Shown: positions 10,009-21,224 of the stretch, in pieces
How positions within the stretch are numbered: position 1 is the stretch's first letter
Layout of the letters: every line of letters starts with the position of its first letter
Assembly: GCA_964500255.1 (NCBI GenBank)
Contig: CAZCPL010000001.1
Location: 8,567 to 72,566, forward strand
DNA length: 64,000 nt
Direction of reading: 5' to 3'
DNA from: an uncultured Solibacteraceae bacterium
GTDB lineage: Bacteria > Acidobacteriota > Terriglobia > Bryobacterales > Bryobacteraceae
Translations under genes and position numbers: made by a program
The notes under the pieces: generated by a model
What the model was told of the DNA's origin: nothing
Database searches by the model: none
The model's input: only the letters and a program-made list of their open reading frames with translations

Positions 10009-13000
10009 TCAACCCATGCTTACACTTTCCGTGTCGCGAGCCTGTACAGTCGCCGGTGCCCAGCGGCCCAGCATTTGTTTGAGCAGCGCCAAGTCGACTG
10101 GCTTGGGCAAATAGTCGTCCATTCCGGCGGCCAGGCACTGTTCGCTGTCGCCCTTCATCGCGTTCGCCGTCAGAGCGATAATCGAAACCCGCCGGCCCGC
10201 GGGCTCCTTGCGGCGGATTTCGGCGGTAGCCTCAAACCCGTCGAGTTCCGGCATCTGGCAATCCATCAGGATCACGTCGTATTCCATGCGGAGCGCCGCC
10301 TCCACCGCCTGACGCCCGTCCGCCACGACATCCACGGCATGGCCCATCTTGGCCAACACTCTAAGCATCAGCTTCTGATTCACGGCGTTGTCTTCGGCCA
10401 ATAGAATCCGGTAGCTCGCTGCTCCCGTTTCCACGCCGGGGGTGACCGGGCCGTGACTCGGATCGGGCCGGTCTCCCGGCTTATGATCCAACGCCCGTTG
10501 CATCACGTTAATAAGCGAAGACTCTTTGAGAGGCTTCGTGAGGTAGCCGCGAAACCCCTCCGCCAGCGCGCCCCGTCCGAGCTTCCGGTCCCCGAAAGCG
10601 GTGACCATGATCAAGCACGTGTTCTTCCATGCCGGCTCGGTCAGAATCCGGCGGCCAAGCGCTATCCCGTCCAACTCGGGCAACTGATAATCGATGACCG
10701 CAAAATCAAAAGGCTGGCCCGACTCCACGGCACCCCGTAGCCGCGCCAAAGCCTCACTGGGGCAGGAGGCTTCCTCATAGCGCAAGCCGGCGCGGCTCAA
10801 ATGGTGCCGTAGGACCGTCCGGTCCAGTTCGTCGTCGTCGACGATCAAGACCCGGCGCCCTGCAATGTTCTGACGACTGTCAGCGGGACACCAGTCCCCT
10901 TCGCGCATCGGTATTTCGAACCAGAACGTCGAGCCGTGGCCCGGCTGGCTGTGCATGCCGATCGTGCCACCCATCATCTCAATGAGACGTTTGGAAATCG
11001 AGAGTCCCAGGCCGGTGCCGCCGAAGCGGCGAGTGGTCGACCCATCGGCCTGCGTGAACGCCTGAAACAAGAGTGGCTGAATCTCTTCGGAGACGCCAAT
11101 GCCCGTATCGCGCACTTCGCAGCGGATCATCGACTCGCGCGGGGAATCCGCGGCCGATCCAGGGAATGCGCTCGCGCGAACCGTTACATGCACCGCGACC
11201 TCTCCACGCTCGGTGAACTTCAGCGCATTGCTCACAAGATTCACCAGGACTTGACGCAATCGACCCGGATCGCCGAGCAAGACGAGCGGAACGCCCGCCT
11301 CGATCATGCTATAGAGCTTGATGCCCTTTCCCTCGGCCTTGAGCGCCTGCATCTCGGTACTGGACTCCACCGGCTCCCGCACGTCGTAGCTTACCTCTTC
11401 GAGCTCAAGCTTTCCGGCTTCGATCTTCGAAAAATCGAGGATGTCGTTGATCAGGTTCAGCAGCGAGTCGGCGGAGTAACGGATTGTATTGGCAAAATCT
11501 CTTTGGTCCGGGTCCAGTTCGGTATCCATCAGCAGATGGGTCATGCCCATGATGCCGTTCATGGGGGTACGGATTTCGTGGCTCATGTTGGCCAGGAACT
11601 CGCCCTTTGCGCGATTGGCTGCTTGGGCGGCGTCGACGGCGCGACGCAAATCTTCCTCGAGCTGCCGCCGTCTGGTGACGTCGGAAAGCGTGCCCACCAT
11701 GCGCAACGGCACGCCTCCGAGGTCGCGCGCCACCACCCTGCCCCTCGCTAGAATCCACTTCCATTCACCACGGGAATCGCACATGCGGTATTCGCTTCTA
11801 TAGTCCGGAATCGAGCCTGCAAGGTGAGGATCCAGCGCGCGCGCGTCTCCCATGCGATCGTCGGGATGGATCATGGTGGAAAACCTCGTGCGCGGCATCT
11901 GTCCACAGGCGTAGCCCAGCATCTTCTCCAGGGCATCCGACACATACAAGTTCCCGTTTTGGACGTTCCAGTCCCAAAGTCCCAAGGCCGAGCTATCAAT
12001 CGCCAGCGCCAGCCGCTCCTCGCTTACGCGGAGTTTCTCGCGTATGGCCCGTTCTTCGGAAATGTCCACAATGGAGCCGGCCATGTGAATGGGCTTACCC
12101 GCGGTATCCCATTCCGTCTGCCCCTGCGACCGGAACCAGCGGTATTCTCCCCGTGTCGTCCGGAGGCGGAACTCGATAAACAAAGGCGCATGCGAGGCGA
12201 CGTTTGTCTCCAGGTGCCGGAACTGCTCGCGGTCTTGCGGATGGATGGCCCTGACGAAGCCTTTGAAGCTGGTATCCATCGCTTCGCTCTCGCCGTAGCC
12301 GAGGTGAGACTTCAACAACGGGGAAAAATAGAACTGCTTTGCCCCAAAATCCCAGTCCCACAGGCCGGCCGAGCTCGCCTGCACGGCGATCTCCAACCGA
12401 CGTGCCATTTGCGAAGCGGCCCACTCGGCGTTGCGGATTTCCAACAGCAGGTGCTGGTGTGCCAGCAGGAAGAAACCGAAGGACGCGGCGATGAACAGCA
12501 GCGTCCCCGCCAGATAAAACCCGGCGCTCGGTCCATATCGTACAAAGAGCCCGTCGAGGCGCGGTCCGAAAAGAGCGAAAACTGCGCGCACGATCATGAG
12601 GCCACCGATCAGTGCGAAGACTGCCGCGGTGAATCGCCCGCCAAGCGCCAACGCGGGCGGCAGGCACCATAATAACGTGGCGCCAGACAGAAGAAAGAGG
12701 GTTCCGATGTGCCCGTTGACCAGGAAAATCCGAAGATTCGCTGAAGGCCAAACATATGTGAATACTAAGGATCCGATGATGACGGCGGCGCCCGAAGCGT
12801 ATGCGGCCGACAGGCGCGGGCGGCGTCCGCAGAACTGCCTGGTGCCATCGAGTACTAGAATCGGCGCCAGCGCGGCGAACACAGTCCCTCCTAGGAAGCT
12901 CGCCCAATGGGGTAGATAATTCCGAGTGGAGGTCCCGATCACGATCATGATCGAAGAGGCCGCCAGGCACAGGGTACCCAGCGTCCAACCGACACTTCCT

Positions 13001-13110
13001 GGAAACGAGTTGTGCCGCCGCCACGCAAGCAGCTGCAACAGTCCGATCAACAGAGGTACACATCCCGCGACGACCGAGAGTGACCGCGTGTCCAGTGTCA
13101 TATGAAACAA
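10009..13110 (-). CDS. Hybrid sensor histidine kinase (multi-TM sensor, 2 PAS, HisKA, HATPase, 2 receivers)
   Basis: GLWDW PAS repeats, [29 protein letters not shown], two REC domains. Start codon uncertain by a few residues. Confidence 0.93.
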   Translation of the reverse strand: MFHMTLDTRSLSVVAGCVPLLIGLLQLLAWRRHNSFPGSVGWTLGTLCLAASSIMIVIGTSTRNYLPHWASFLGGTVFAALAPILVLDGTRQFCGRRPRLSAAYASGAAVIIGSLVFTYVWPSANLRIFLVNGHIGTLFLLSGATLLWCLPPALALGGRFTAAVFALIGGLMIVRAVFALFGPRLDGLFVRYGPSAGFYLAGTLLFIAASFGFFLLAHQHLLLEIRNAEWAASQMARRLEIAVQASSAGLWDWDFGAKQFYFSPLLKSHLGYGESEAMDTSFKGFVRAIHPQDREQFRHLETNVASHAPLFIEFRLRTTRGEYRWFRSQGQTEWDTAGKPIHMAGSIVDISEERAIREKLRVSEERLALAIDSSALGLWDWNVQNGNLYVSDALEKMLGYACGQMPRTRFSTMIHPDDRMGDARALDPHLAGSIPDYRSEYRMCDSRGEWKWILARGRVVARDLGGVPLRMVGTLSDVTRRRQLEEDLRRAVDAAQAANRAKGEFLANMSHEIRTPMNGIMGMTHLLMDTELDPDQRDFANTIRYSADSLLNLINDILDFSKIEAGKLELEEVSYDVREPVESSTEMQALKAEGKGIKLYSMIEAGVPLVLLGDPGRLRQVLVNLVSNALKFTERGEVAVHVTVRASAFPGSAADSPRESMIRCEVRDTGIGVSEEIQPLLFQAFTQADGSTTRRFGGTGLGLSISKRLIEMMGGTIGMHSQPGHGSTFWFEIPMREGDWCPADSRQNIAGRRVLIVDDDELDRTVLRHHLSRAGLRYEEASCPSEALARLRGAVESGQPFDFAVIDYQLPELDGIALGRRILTEPAWKNTCLIMVTAFGDRKLGRGALAEGFRGYLTKPLKESSLINVMQRALDHKPGDRPDPSHGPVTPGVETGAASYRILLAEDNAVNQKLMLRVLAKMGHAVDVVADGRQAVEAALRMEYDVILMDCQMPELDGFEATAEIRRKEPAGRRVSIIALTANAMKGDSEQCLAAGMDDYLPKPVDLALLKQMLGRWAPATVQARDTESVSMG

Positions 13111-13171
13111 AACTCCAACTCAGAACGCTACATCTACATATCGTCCAGCGTCGATTCACCGGGAGGTTTTC

Positions 13172-13195
13172 TTGCGGACAACGACCGCAATTTCC
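13172..13195. repeat. REP-like hairpin adjacent to RAYT remnant
   Basis: TTGCGG-acaacga-CCGCAA followed by TTTCC, about 50 bp upstream of the RAYT start. Confidence 0.4.
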
Positions 13196-13241
13196 ATTTT
13201 CGTCTGAGAGTCTCGCCCGCCGACCGCCACTCTTTCCATGC

Positions 13242-13385
13242 ATGACTCGCATCGCCCGACTCGTCATTCCCGAACTCCCGCATTACATCACCCAGCGCGG
13301 AAACTATAGACAGAAAGTCTTTGACCGCGACGAGGACCGCCGTCTCTACCTCGTCCTGCGGCTCCTGCCCCGCCGTGTCGCATGA
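13242..13385 (+). pseudogene. REP-associated tyrosine transposase (Y1/RAYT), N-terminal fragment
   Basis: MTRIARLVIPELPHYITQRGNYRQKVFDRDEDRRLYL, truncated before the HUH motif. Confidence 0.85.
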
Positions 13386-13666
13386 ACTCCCGGATTCTTG
13401 GATGCAACAATCGCTACTGAAAGATCGCGCCCTCGAAGCGCTCGACGGCGCACTTCGCCCCGGTGTCACCTCCGCCAATGTCCTCGTTGTTGAATCGAAA
13501 GACCGGTCGCTTTCCACCAAGCACGGGCGCGCGCGGGGCACCTCGTCCTCAGACGACCTTGGGCTAGCTATGCCAGAGGCCTGCTATTCAAGCGCACGGG
13601 GACGCAAGTAGTTGAAAGTTTCGTGAGTCATTCGGCTTTCGATTCGCGCAACCCATATGAACGCCT

Positions 13667-14104
13667 ATGAAAGTCGCCATTATTTACATGATCCGCCCCA
13701 ACCAGAATGCCGCCGCCGGGCCTAGGACGGTGCAGTTGCAATACGAGACTCTGATGCGATCCAGCGTTGGGGTTCCACTACAACTAGTGCACGGCAGCGA
13801 CTTTACACGCCCCTACGCGATACAAAAAGGGGTTCGGATTGCAGCCTACAGAGGTATGAAACTCGGTGTTGGGGACTACATCTCCGCCGGGCGAAACTTT
13901 TCTGTTGCTGTCATGTCGGGAGACGTCTCGTATACCGTGGTTGCGGGACACTGGGCACGGGTTCATGGCAGTGAAGACATCCGCCACGACGAAATCCCTG
14001 AGACGCCAGGGTTAACCAGGGGTGGAGCTTCAATTAGTCCATACGGCACATATACAGTGGCGGGCGCCGGCGGTTCCGGGAGAAATCCGGAGCCACCCAA
14101 GTAA
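13667..14104 (+). CDS. Hypothetical protein (145 aa)
   Basis: Only long ORF in the interval; no recognised motif. Confidence 0.45.
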   Translation: MKVAIIYMIRPNQNAAAGPRTVQLQYETLMRSSVGVPLQLVHGSDFTRPYAIQKGVRIAAYRGMKLGVGDYISAGRNFSVAVMSGDVSYTVVAGHWARVHGSEDIRHDEIPETPGLTRGGASISPYGTYTVAGAGGSGRNPEPPK

Positions 14105-14285
14105 CGGACCGCTCGGGTTTACGAGGTCTTCAACCAAACCGGCCGCTTCGTTGCAGGTGAGGCTGGTATTGAGGCGCCGCAACTCCGGCATCCCTCGCCG
14201 ACCGCGCGATCTCTCTGCTCTTGGCTAAAGACTTCCCGCGGACGATCGAAGGTCTCGAACGTTGATCCGCAATAAGTCATCTCGA

Positions 14286-17200
14286 TCAGAAGTTCAACTT
14301 CATCGCAATCTGCATTCTGCGCGGCTGATTGATCTGGTTGCGCCACACACCGAAGTTCGGATCCTGAAGTGTTTGCGCACCGCCAACTCCGCCCCATAGG
14401 GCCCGGTTGAAAGCGTTGAACGCCTCACCGCGAAGATTGAAGCGTACTTGTTCGGTAATTCTGAAATCCTTGGCGAGAGAGAAGTTCTCACTCAGGTTTG
14501 GCAGAAACCGGAAGTTCGGGTTGTAACGTGTCATGTTGCCCAGCCGATCCGTGGGTTGATCGGGAAAGGCCGCGCGGCTGATAAACGTTTCCTTGAAGGG
14601 GTCGAAGCGATCGCCCGCTACTTTGGTGCGCCATCCCTCGTAGCTCGACACTGTGGCGCGATTGGCCCCAGCGAAGATGGGGAATCCAACGGTGGTTCCA
14701 ATACCAACCGGAGTACCCCGGCTATAGGTTTGAACACCTCCAATACGCCAGCCTCCGAGCAGAACGTCGGAAATGCCGCCGCCAGTCAGGTACTTGCGTC
14801 CCTTACCGAAAGGCAGTTCGTACACATAGCTAAACTTCAGGTTGTGCGTTTGGTCGAACTGTCCGATCGAACGTTCCAGGCTGCGGTTGTAGTGATTCAT
14901 CGCCGAGCCGCCAACCCAGGCGGAATCAGCGTCGGTGATGATCTTCGAAAACACGTAACTGGTCAGGAAAGTCAATCCGCTGGAATAGCGTTTCTCAAGT
15001 TTCAGCACCATCGCATGGTAGAAGGAAGATCCGCTGCGATCGCCATTGCCGCCTGCGGTGTCGATGGTGCTGAACTGTGGGAACGGCCGGTGGCCCCAGG
15101 CAACACTCAAGTTGTCGCGGAAGCTGGCAAACGGCTTGCCGATGCCAGCGGCTTGCGCGGCCGGGGAACTGATAGCGGAGTTCAACAGCGTGCGTCCTGC
15201 AGCCGTGAACGGGTTGAGATTCGCCGGTAGGCGCGAAAAGTCCAGTTGATTGTAGTTCAGCAGGCCGGCCTGCAGATGGGTGCCTCGCACGAAGTTGTAG
15301 CCAACTTCCAGAACGGTGTCTTTGTTGATCTGGCGCTGTACGTTGATCGTATAGGTCAGATTCTCAGGCGCGCGGCTGACTTCGTTGTTCTGCCACCACG
15401 GCTGCGAATTGTAGTTGTTGAAATCCGGTTTGAGGAAAGGCGGCTTCGGCCAATCCGGGAAACCATTCTGCAACTGGAAGGTTGGATTGAACCCCTGCGG
15501 ATCGGTCTGAGGCGTATCGTAAATCTGCACAAAACCCTGGAAGTGGGTGGATCCGCCAACTGCGCGAACTGCACCGAACGTGCGAGCTGCGCCCGCGCGA
15601 ATCACAGTTTTGTCGTTGAGACTGTAGGCCGCCGAGAGGCGCGGTCCAAGGCCGCCGAACCAGGTATCGGATAGCCGTCGGCGTCCTTCGCGGCCCTCGC
15701 CGGATCCGGCGAAGATCAGAGCGCCCGGGCGCCCGTTGGCTCCTGGATTCGGACGCAGCGGGTCGAAGTCGCTGAACTGATCGCTGGCTGAATAAGCAGA
15801 AACATTGACGTCATAGCGCAATCCAATGTTGAGAGTCAGCCGCTTATTCACGCGCCAGTCGTCCTGAATATAGCCGCCGTAATAAGGGAACCGTTGGGCC
15901 ACATAACGTGGCGTATGGATATTGCCCGTCACGGCGCCGCCAAGCAAGAGACTGGCGAATCCGGATCCCGTGGCGTTTGCCAAGTCGCCTAGTTGGCCGG
16001 TCACGCGGCGGTTGAAGGAAGCCTGGCCCATAATGTTCTGCTGTCCGAACCCGCTGTAGTTCACCATTTCGTAAAGGCCACCCATCTTTATCGTGTGCTT
16101 GCCCTTTACCCAGCTGAAATCATCGTTGAACGAGTAGACGGCATTGTCGGAACCATTGTCCGAAGGGCCGCCCCAACTGGCAAAGTCGCCGATCGAAACA
16201 TTGAGCAGATTGTTGTTGCAATCCGGCACGTTGGCGAGGCATACGGTATCCTTCCAGTTCTTCGCACCCACCGCCAGGGCGCGATTGATTTCGCGCCAGT
16301 CATTGCCGCCCGCATAGAAGCGGTTGATCTTGTTCGGAGAAATGGTCCAATCCCAACTCATGCGGTATTGACGGCTAAGCGTGTTGTTAAAGTTGCCGCC
16401 GTTGAGGAATCCAGGCAAGCCGATCGGGCCGGCTGCGCCAGGGGCCGAAGAGCGGCTGTTGCGAGAAAAGTAGCCGCTGAGGCGGTGCTTCTCACTGACG
16501 TTATGGTCGCCTCGAAGACTGAACTTGTCCCATGGCGCTACTTGAGATCCGGCTTGGATGAAATTGTTGCGGACGTAGGCGGAGGTCCCCGGAACCAGTC
16601 CTGCGATATTGGGAAGGGCAGTCTGTCCGATGGGACTCAGTTGCTTGAAGATGTTGTCGAAGCGCGACACCGGAATCTGATTGTTGGCAAAAGGCGTGCG
16701 CGTGCCAGAGGCCCCAGTGGTGGGATCGAAGATCAGGATTCGGTTGTTGTTGTTGTCGACCCAGTTGGCGAAATTGCCGTCATAAAATTCCTTCGGTGCG
16801 ACGGAGAGAAAACTAGGATTCGCGCCTTCGCGGTTACGAAACGCTTCGTACGAAGTGAAGAAGAAAGACTTATTCTTACCGTTGTAGAGCTTGGGGATCC
16901 TGATGGGTCCGCCAAAAGTCCCACCGAAATCGTGCTGCTTATAGACCGGCTTCTTGGTCGCCTTGTTGTAGAAGGCCGAATCCAAGGCATCGTTACGAAG
17001 GAATTCAAAGAGATTTCCATGGTACTCGTTGGTGCCCGATTTCGAAACAAAGCTCATTTGCCCACCCTGCGCGCGGCCGTATTCCGCTTTGAATCCATTG
17101 GATTCCACCGAAAACTCGCTGATTGCATCCAGCGAAGGTGTGTTCATGGCGGCCCATTGAGTCTGCAGCGCGCGACCCGTGTTCGACGACACGCCATCCA

Positions 17201-17759
17201 GCGAGACACCGTATGTCGCGGCTTGGCCTCCACCGATGGTGAAGTTATCGTTCGCGTTGTTGGGCGCCTTCACTTCTGGAGCGAGCAGCGCGAGATCGAA
17301 CGGAGATCGAAGTTGGCCGCCGACAACCAGCGGAAGCTGGTCAACCAAGCGATTGGCGACCGCTGTTTGGATGCGCGCATTTTCGGTTTGCACCTGAACG
17401 CCTGTTGCTTGTACTTCGACGGATTGCTGGGCGGTGCCGACCTCGAGCATGATGTCGACACGGGCCGCGCCTGAGGCGGTAACGACGATGTCTTTGGCGA
17501 TTGAGTTTTTGAAACCTTGCCGTTCGACACGGATCGTATAGGTTCCGGTTTCGAGAGACGGAAGCGTGTAGTCTCCGGTTGAGGAAGAAGCCGTCTTGGA
17601 GATGGTATTCGTTTCGATGCGAGTTACGGTGATCGAGGCACCGGGCACAATTGCGCCGCTGGAATCCTTGACTTCGCCGGTGATCAGGCCGCGATCCTGC
17701 TGCGCTTGTAGCAAAACGATGCAAGCTATGGAGAAAAGAAGAACGATACGTGGTTTCAT
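14286..17759 (-). CDS. TonB-dependent receptor, Oar-like, with carboxypeptidase regulatory-like N-domain
   Basis: Signal peptide, GEVKDSSGAIVPGA, AEYGRAQGG..KSGTNEYHG, QDDWRV..LTLNIGLRYD, C-terminal KLNF. Confidence 0.93.
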   Translation of the reverse strand: MKPRIVLLFSIACIVLLQAQQDRGLITGEVKDSSGAIVPGASITVTRIETNTISKTASSSTGDYTLPSLETGTYTIRVERQGFKNSIAKDIVVTASGAARVDIMLEVGTAQQSVEVQATGVQVQTENARIQTAVANRLVDQLPLVVGGQLRSPFDLALLAPEVKAPNNANDNFTIGGGQAATYGVSLDGVSSNTGRALQTQWAAMNTPSLDAISEFSVESNGFKAEYGRAQGGQMSFVSKSGTNEYHGNLFEFLRNDALDSAFYNKATKKPVYKQHDFGGTFGGPIRIPKLYNGKNKSFFFTSYEAFRNREGANPSFLSVAPKEFYDGNFANWVDNNNNRILIFDPTTGASGTRTPFANNQIPVSRFDNIFKQLSPIGQTALPNIAGLVPGTSAYVRNNFIQAGSQVAPWDKFSLRGDHNVSEKHRLSGYFSRNSRSSAPGAAGPIGLPGFLNGGNFNNTLSRQYRMSWDWTISPNKINRFYAGGNDWREINRALAVGAKNWKDTVCLANVPDCNNNLLNVSIGDFASWGGPSDNGSDNAVYSFNDDFSWVKGKHTIKMGGLYEMVNYSGFGQQNIMGQASFNRRVTGQLGDLANATGSGFASLLLGGAVTGNIHTPRYVAQRFPYYGGYIQDDWRVNKRLTLNIGLRYDVNVSAYSASDQFSDFDPLRPNPGANGRPGALIFAGSGEGREGRRRLSDTWFGGLGPRLSAAYSLNDKTVIRAGAARTFGAVRAVGGSTHFQGFVQIYDTPQTDPQGFNPTFQLQNGFPDWPKPPFLKPDFNNYNSQPWWQNNEVSRAPENLTYTINVQRQINKDTVLEVGYNFVRGTHLQAGLLNYNQLDFSRLPANLNPFTAAGRTLLNSAISSPAAQAAGIGKPFASFRDNLSVAWGHRPFPQFSTIDTAGGNGDRSGSSFYHAMVLKLEKRYSSGLTFLTSYVFSKIITDADSAWVGGSAMNHYNRSLERSIGQFDQTHNLKFSYVYELPFGKGRKYLTGGGISDVLLGGWRIGGVQTYSRGTPVGIGTTVGFPIFAGANRATVSSYEGWRTKVAGDRFDPFKETFISRAAFPDQPTDRLGNMTRYNPNFRFLPNLSENFSLAKDFRITEQVRFNLRGEAFNAFNRALWGGVGGAQTLQDPNFGVWRNQINQPRRMQIAMKLNF

Positions 17760-17852
17760 GTGCTCCCAAAGAATCTATTCGCCGACATCGTATCACACCT
17801 TTGCCGCTATACTTCTAGTTCAGAGGGATTGATTCTCTCTTGATGAATTCCT

Positions 17853-18530
17853 ATGATTGCTCTGCTTAGTTGCGCTGTCCTGCTCTCGGCACAGCAGATC
17901 AAAGTTCTCAGTGACAACATTCATCACGGTGAGGGCGCAGACGGTAAGCTTGACCTGCCGCGCAGTGCTCGAGTCATTCAGTCCGTGGATCCCGATCTGG
18001 TCGCTGTGCAGGAGGTGGACCTTCGCACGAAGCGCGCCAACGGCGTCGATCAGGCCGCGGAATTGGCGCGGCCCACCCGTATGCATGAGGTCTTTGGACG
18101 CACCATCGATCATCAGGGCGGCTGGTATGGCAACTTGCTGCTCTCGCGCTGGCACGTGCGGGGCTTCACAGTGCAAGCCTGCGAGTTCCGTATCTTCGCC
18201 ACACATCTCGACATCACTGAGAAAGACCGCTTGCTCGCCGCCGAAAGGCTGCCAAAACGGATCGCCGAACTGCCTGCCGGTTCACCCATGATTCTTGCGG
18301 GTGACTTCAACGCCGCCCCTGGATCACCTGCGTTCAAAGCGCTCAGCGAACACTGGACTATCGATCCGGAAGCCAAGCCGACCACGCCTGCGGATAAGCC
18401 GGGAAAGCAAATCGACTTCGTCGCTTTTCGTCCGCGCAATCGCTGGAAGATCATCTCAACGCGCGTACTCGATGAACCTGTTGCCTCGGACCATCGCCCC
18501 ATCCTCATGACGCTGGAACCGATCGATTGA
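17853..18530 (+). CDS. Endonuclease/exonuclease/phosphatase family protein, possibly internally deleted
   Basis: NIHH, DLVAVQEVD, THLD, GDFN, IDFV, SDH motifs; short spacing between SRW and THLD. Confidence 0.8.
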   Translation: MIALLSCAVLLSAQQIKVLSDNIHHGEGADGKLDLPRSARVIQSVDPDLVAVQEVDLRTKRANGVDQAAELARPTRMHEVFGRTIDHQGGWYGNLLLSRWHVRGFTVQACEFRIFATHLDITEKDRLLAAERLPKRIAELPAGSPMILAGDFNAAPGSPAFKALSEHWTIDPEAKPTTPADKPGKQIDFVAFRPRNRWKIISTRVLDEPVASDHRPILMTLEPID

Positions 18531-18531
18531 T

Positions 18532-19515
18532 ATGCGCTTTCTTCCGCTGTTGCTGCTCTGTTGCGCCTGCACCCCGTCGAAGCGCTTCGCGTTGCCTGCG
18601 CCTTCTGGATCCACACAAAACGTCGATTTTGTTTGGAAGGAAAATCCAGCACCGATCATGGCGCGCGGCGACACTTGGGATGCCGTCGATGCCCTGAATC
18701 CCTCGGTCCTCCAATGGCGCGGCACCTACTGGAACTTCTATTCCGGCTTCGATGGCAAGACCTGGCACACAGGCGCTTCGATATCCGCCGATGGAATGAC
18801 GTGGGTAAACCGCCGCAAGATTCTATCGCCGGATTCTGCAACGTGGGAAGGGGCCTACATCGCCGCCAATGGATCCGCCATTGTTCATAACGACTCTGTT
18901 CTCTACTGGTATCAGGCGGGGTCTGGAGTTCCGGCCATTGGCTTGGCGAGGTCGCTCGATGGACTCGCCTGGCAGAGGGAACTGCGCGCGGTGTTGGATC
19001 CAGGGCCGCGAGGGAGTTGGGATGAGCGCGGCGTCGCCGATCCTTATGTGATCGAGGCCGGCGAATGGTTCTACCTTTACTACACAGGCCTTGATCGTGC
19101 CCAAAGACAGCGCTTCGGAGTTGCAAGATCGCGCGATGGTGCGGCCTGGCAAAAATCCTTGGACAATCCGATTCTCGACATCGGCGGCCACGAAGATTGG
19201 GATGAAGGCGGACTCGGTGAGCCAGCGATCTGGTCAAGCCACGGATCCTACTGGATGCTCTACACCGGCCGCGCGTGGGATGAAAAGCGCCGCATTGGGC
19301 TCGCCAAATCCAAAGACGGCATCCATTGGGAAAAGCTGTCCCGCAGGCCATTCGCAGGCGCTTCGGCATGGGATTCGGCCGTGATTTGCGATCCGTCCGT
19401 TGAGGTTTCGCCCGATGGAAAGTCGGTGCGCGTCTGGTTCGGTGGGGGCGACGTGGCGAAGCCCGATGAGCGGATCAACGGACAGATCGGCTATGCCACA
19501 CTGGATGTTCACTGA
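18532..19515 (+). CDS. Beta-propeller glycoside hydrolase-like lipoprotein (GH32/GH130-like)
   Basis: Lipobox-like LLLCCAC; repeated WD..xDPxV...Y.G...IGLAxSxDG..W blades. Confidence 0.8.
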   Translation: MRFLPLLLLCCACTPSKRFALPAPSGSTQNVDFVWKENPAPIMARGDTWDAVDALNPSVLQWRGTYWNFYSGFDGKTWHTGASISADGMTWVNRRKILSPDSATWEGAYIAANGSAIVHNDSVLYWYQAGSGVPAIGLARSLDGLAWQRELRAVLDPGPRGSWDERGVADPYVIEAGEWFYLYYTGLDRAQRQRFGVARSRDGAAWQKSLDNPILDIGGHEDWDEGGLGEPAIWSSHGSYWMLYTGRAWDEKRRIGLAKSKDGIHWEKLSRRPFAGASAWDSAVICDPSVEVSPDGKSVRVWFGGGDVAKPDERINGQIGYATLDVH

Positions 19516-21224
19516 TGCTGCTTTTCTTCATTGTTTGCGCCTTTGCGTTCGGCCAACTCTCGAGCGGTCCGCTGGAGAAAGCGGATCCCAACGAGATCAA
19601 GCTGCTGATCGAACGGTTCACGGTTGACGCGGGAAATTTGGATCGATTCTATCCTCATGGGTTTTCACCCGCGCGTCGAATGCGGATGCGCGAATTTTAT
19701 CGCGAAACGCTTGAGGGACTGGATCGCGTCGACTTCAACAAACTAAGCTTGGATGCTCAGGCTGATTACATATTACTTGCGAACCATGTGCGCTACAGGA
19801 CTCGCGAACTCGATCTCGAAGAGCGCGACTTCGCTGAGGCCGAACCACTCGTGCCTTTCTTGCGCGGGCTTGCGGAGATGGAACAAGGCCGCCGCCGCTT
19901 GCAGAACTTCAATCCAGAAAAGACCGCCAATGCAGTCGCTGCGGTACGCAAACAAGTGGATGCTGCGCAGAAAGAGATCCTCGCTGGGAAATTGACCGGC
20001 AGGAAGACCGTGGCCTATCAGGCTGCCGGACTCACGCTCAGTGTCCGAGCGGCGATGAAGAGCTGGTTCGATGGCTACAACGCATACGACCCGATGTTCA
20101 CGTGGTGGGTTGCGGATCCTTGGAAAGGGCTGGATCAATCGCTCGAAGCCTATGCCAAGACGCTGCGCGAAAAGCTCGTCGGCATCAAGGCGGAAGAGAA
20201 GTACGCGATTATCGGCAAGCCCGCTGGACGCGAGCGGCTCATGGAGCAACTCAAGGCAGAGATGGTTGCGTACACGCCCGAGGAACTGGTCGAGATCGCC
20301 AACAAAGAGTTCGCCTGGTGCGATCGCGAGATGCTGCGTGCCTCGCGTGATCTTGGTTTTGGCGACGATTGGAAGAAGGCGCTGGAGCATGTCAAGAACT
20401 TGCATGTCGATCCAGGCAAGCAGCCGCAACTGATCCGGGAGCTCGCGCAAGAGGCGATCGATTTCGTGGAAAAGCGCGATCTCATTACGATCCCCGCGCT
20501 GGCAAAAGAGACGTGGCGTATGGACATGATGTCGCCTGAGGCGCAGATGCGAAATCCGTTCTTTCTCGGCGGCGAGCGGATCCAAGTTTCGTTTCCTACG
20601 GCGGGCATGCCGCACGAAGCGAAGCTGATGAGTCTGCGCGGCAACAACATCCATTTCTCACGGGCCACCGTGCATCATGAGTTGATCCCAGGGCATCATC
20701 TGCAAGGCTTCATGGCGAGACGCCACAAGAGCTATCGCGGTCTGTTCGGAACTCCCTTCTGGACCGAAGGTTGGGCGCTCTATTGGGAGATGCTGCTGTG
20801 GGATCTGCAGTTCCCCGCCAAGGCCGAAGACCGCGTGGGCTTCCTGTTCTGGCGTATGCATCGCTGCGCGCGCATCATCTTTTCGCTCAACTTCCACCTT
20901 GGCCAATGGACGCCGCAACAGTGCGTGGATTTTCTCATCGAACGCGTCGGCCATGAGCCGGACAATGCGTCTGCGGAGGTGCGGCGTTCGTTTGAAGGCG
21001 ATACGTATCCACCGCTTTATCAGGCTGGATACATGCTGGGCGCGCTGCAGTTCCGCTCGTTGGCAAGGGATCTGGTGGCCTCTGGCAAGATGACCGCCAA
21101 GCAGTTTCATGATCGGATCCTGCAAGAGAATCGCATGCCCGTTGAGATGGTTCGTGCGCTGTTGACAAAGCAAAAACTCACCGAAGACTTCGCGCCAACG
21201 TGGCGCTTTTACGTCGCGCCATGA
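19515..21224 (+). CDS. DUF885 family putative metallopeptidase
   Basis: HELIPGHHLQ, EGWALYWE, YQAGYMLG motifs. Confidence 0.88.
   Translation: MLLFFIVCAFAFGQLSSGPLEKADPNEIKLLIERFTVDAGNLDRFYPHGFSPARRMRMREFYRETLEGLDRVDFNKLSLDAQADYILLANHVRYRTRELDLEERDFAEAEPLVPFLRGLAEMEQGRRRLQNFNPEKTANAVAAVRKQVDAAQKEILAGKLTGRKTVAYQAAGLTLSVRAAMKSWFDGYNAYDPMFTWWVADPWKGLDQSLEAYAKTLREKLVGIKAEEKYAIIGKPAGRERLMEQLKAEMVAYTPEELVEIANKEFAWCDREMLRASRDLGFGDDWKKALEHVKNLHVDPGKQPQLIRELAQEAIDFVEKRDLITIPALAKETWRMDMMSPEAQMRNPFFLGGERIQVSFPTAGMPHEAKLMSLRGNNIHFSRATVHHELIPGHHLQGFMARRHKSYRGLFGTPFWTEGWALYWEMLLWDLQFPAKAEDRVGFLFWRMHRCARIIFSLNFHLGQWTPQQCVDFLIERVGHEPDNASAEVRRSFEGDTYPPLYQAGYMLGALQFRSLARDLVASGKMTAKQFHDRILQENRMPVEMVRALLTKQKLTEDFAPTWRFYVAP

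Noticed and set aside
13321-13611. 96-aa ORF after the RAYT stub
   Set aside because: No RBS or motif; probably debris of a mobile element.
15993-17474. Long antisense or overlapping ORFs (e.g. 493 aa here; also 21325-22674, 44878-46272, 12095-13267)
   Set aside because: Shadow frames of well-supported GC-rich genes, with no motifs.
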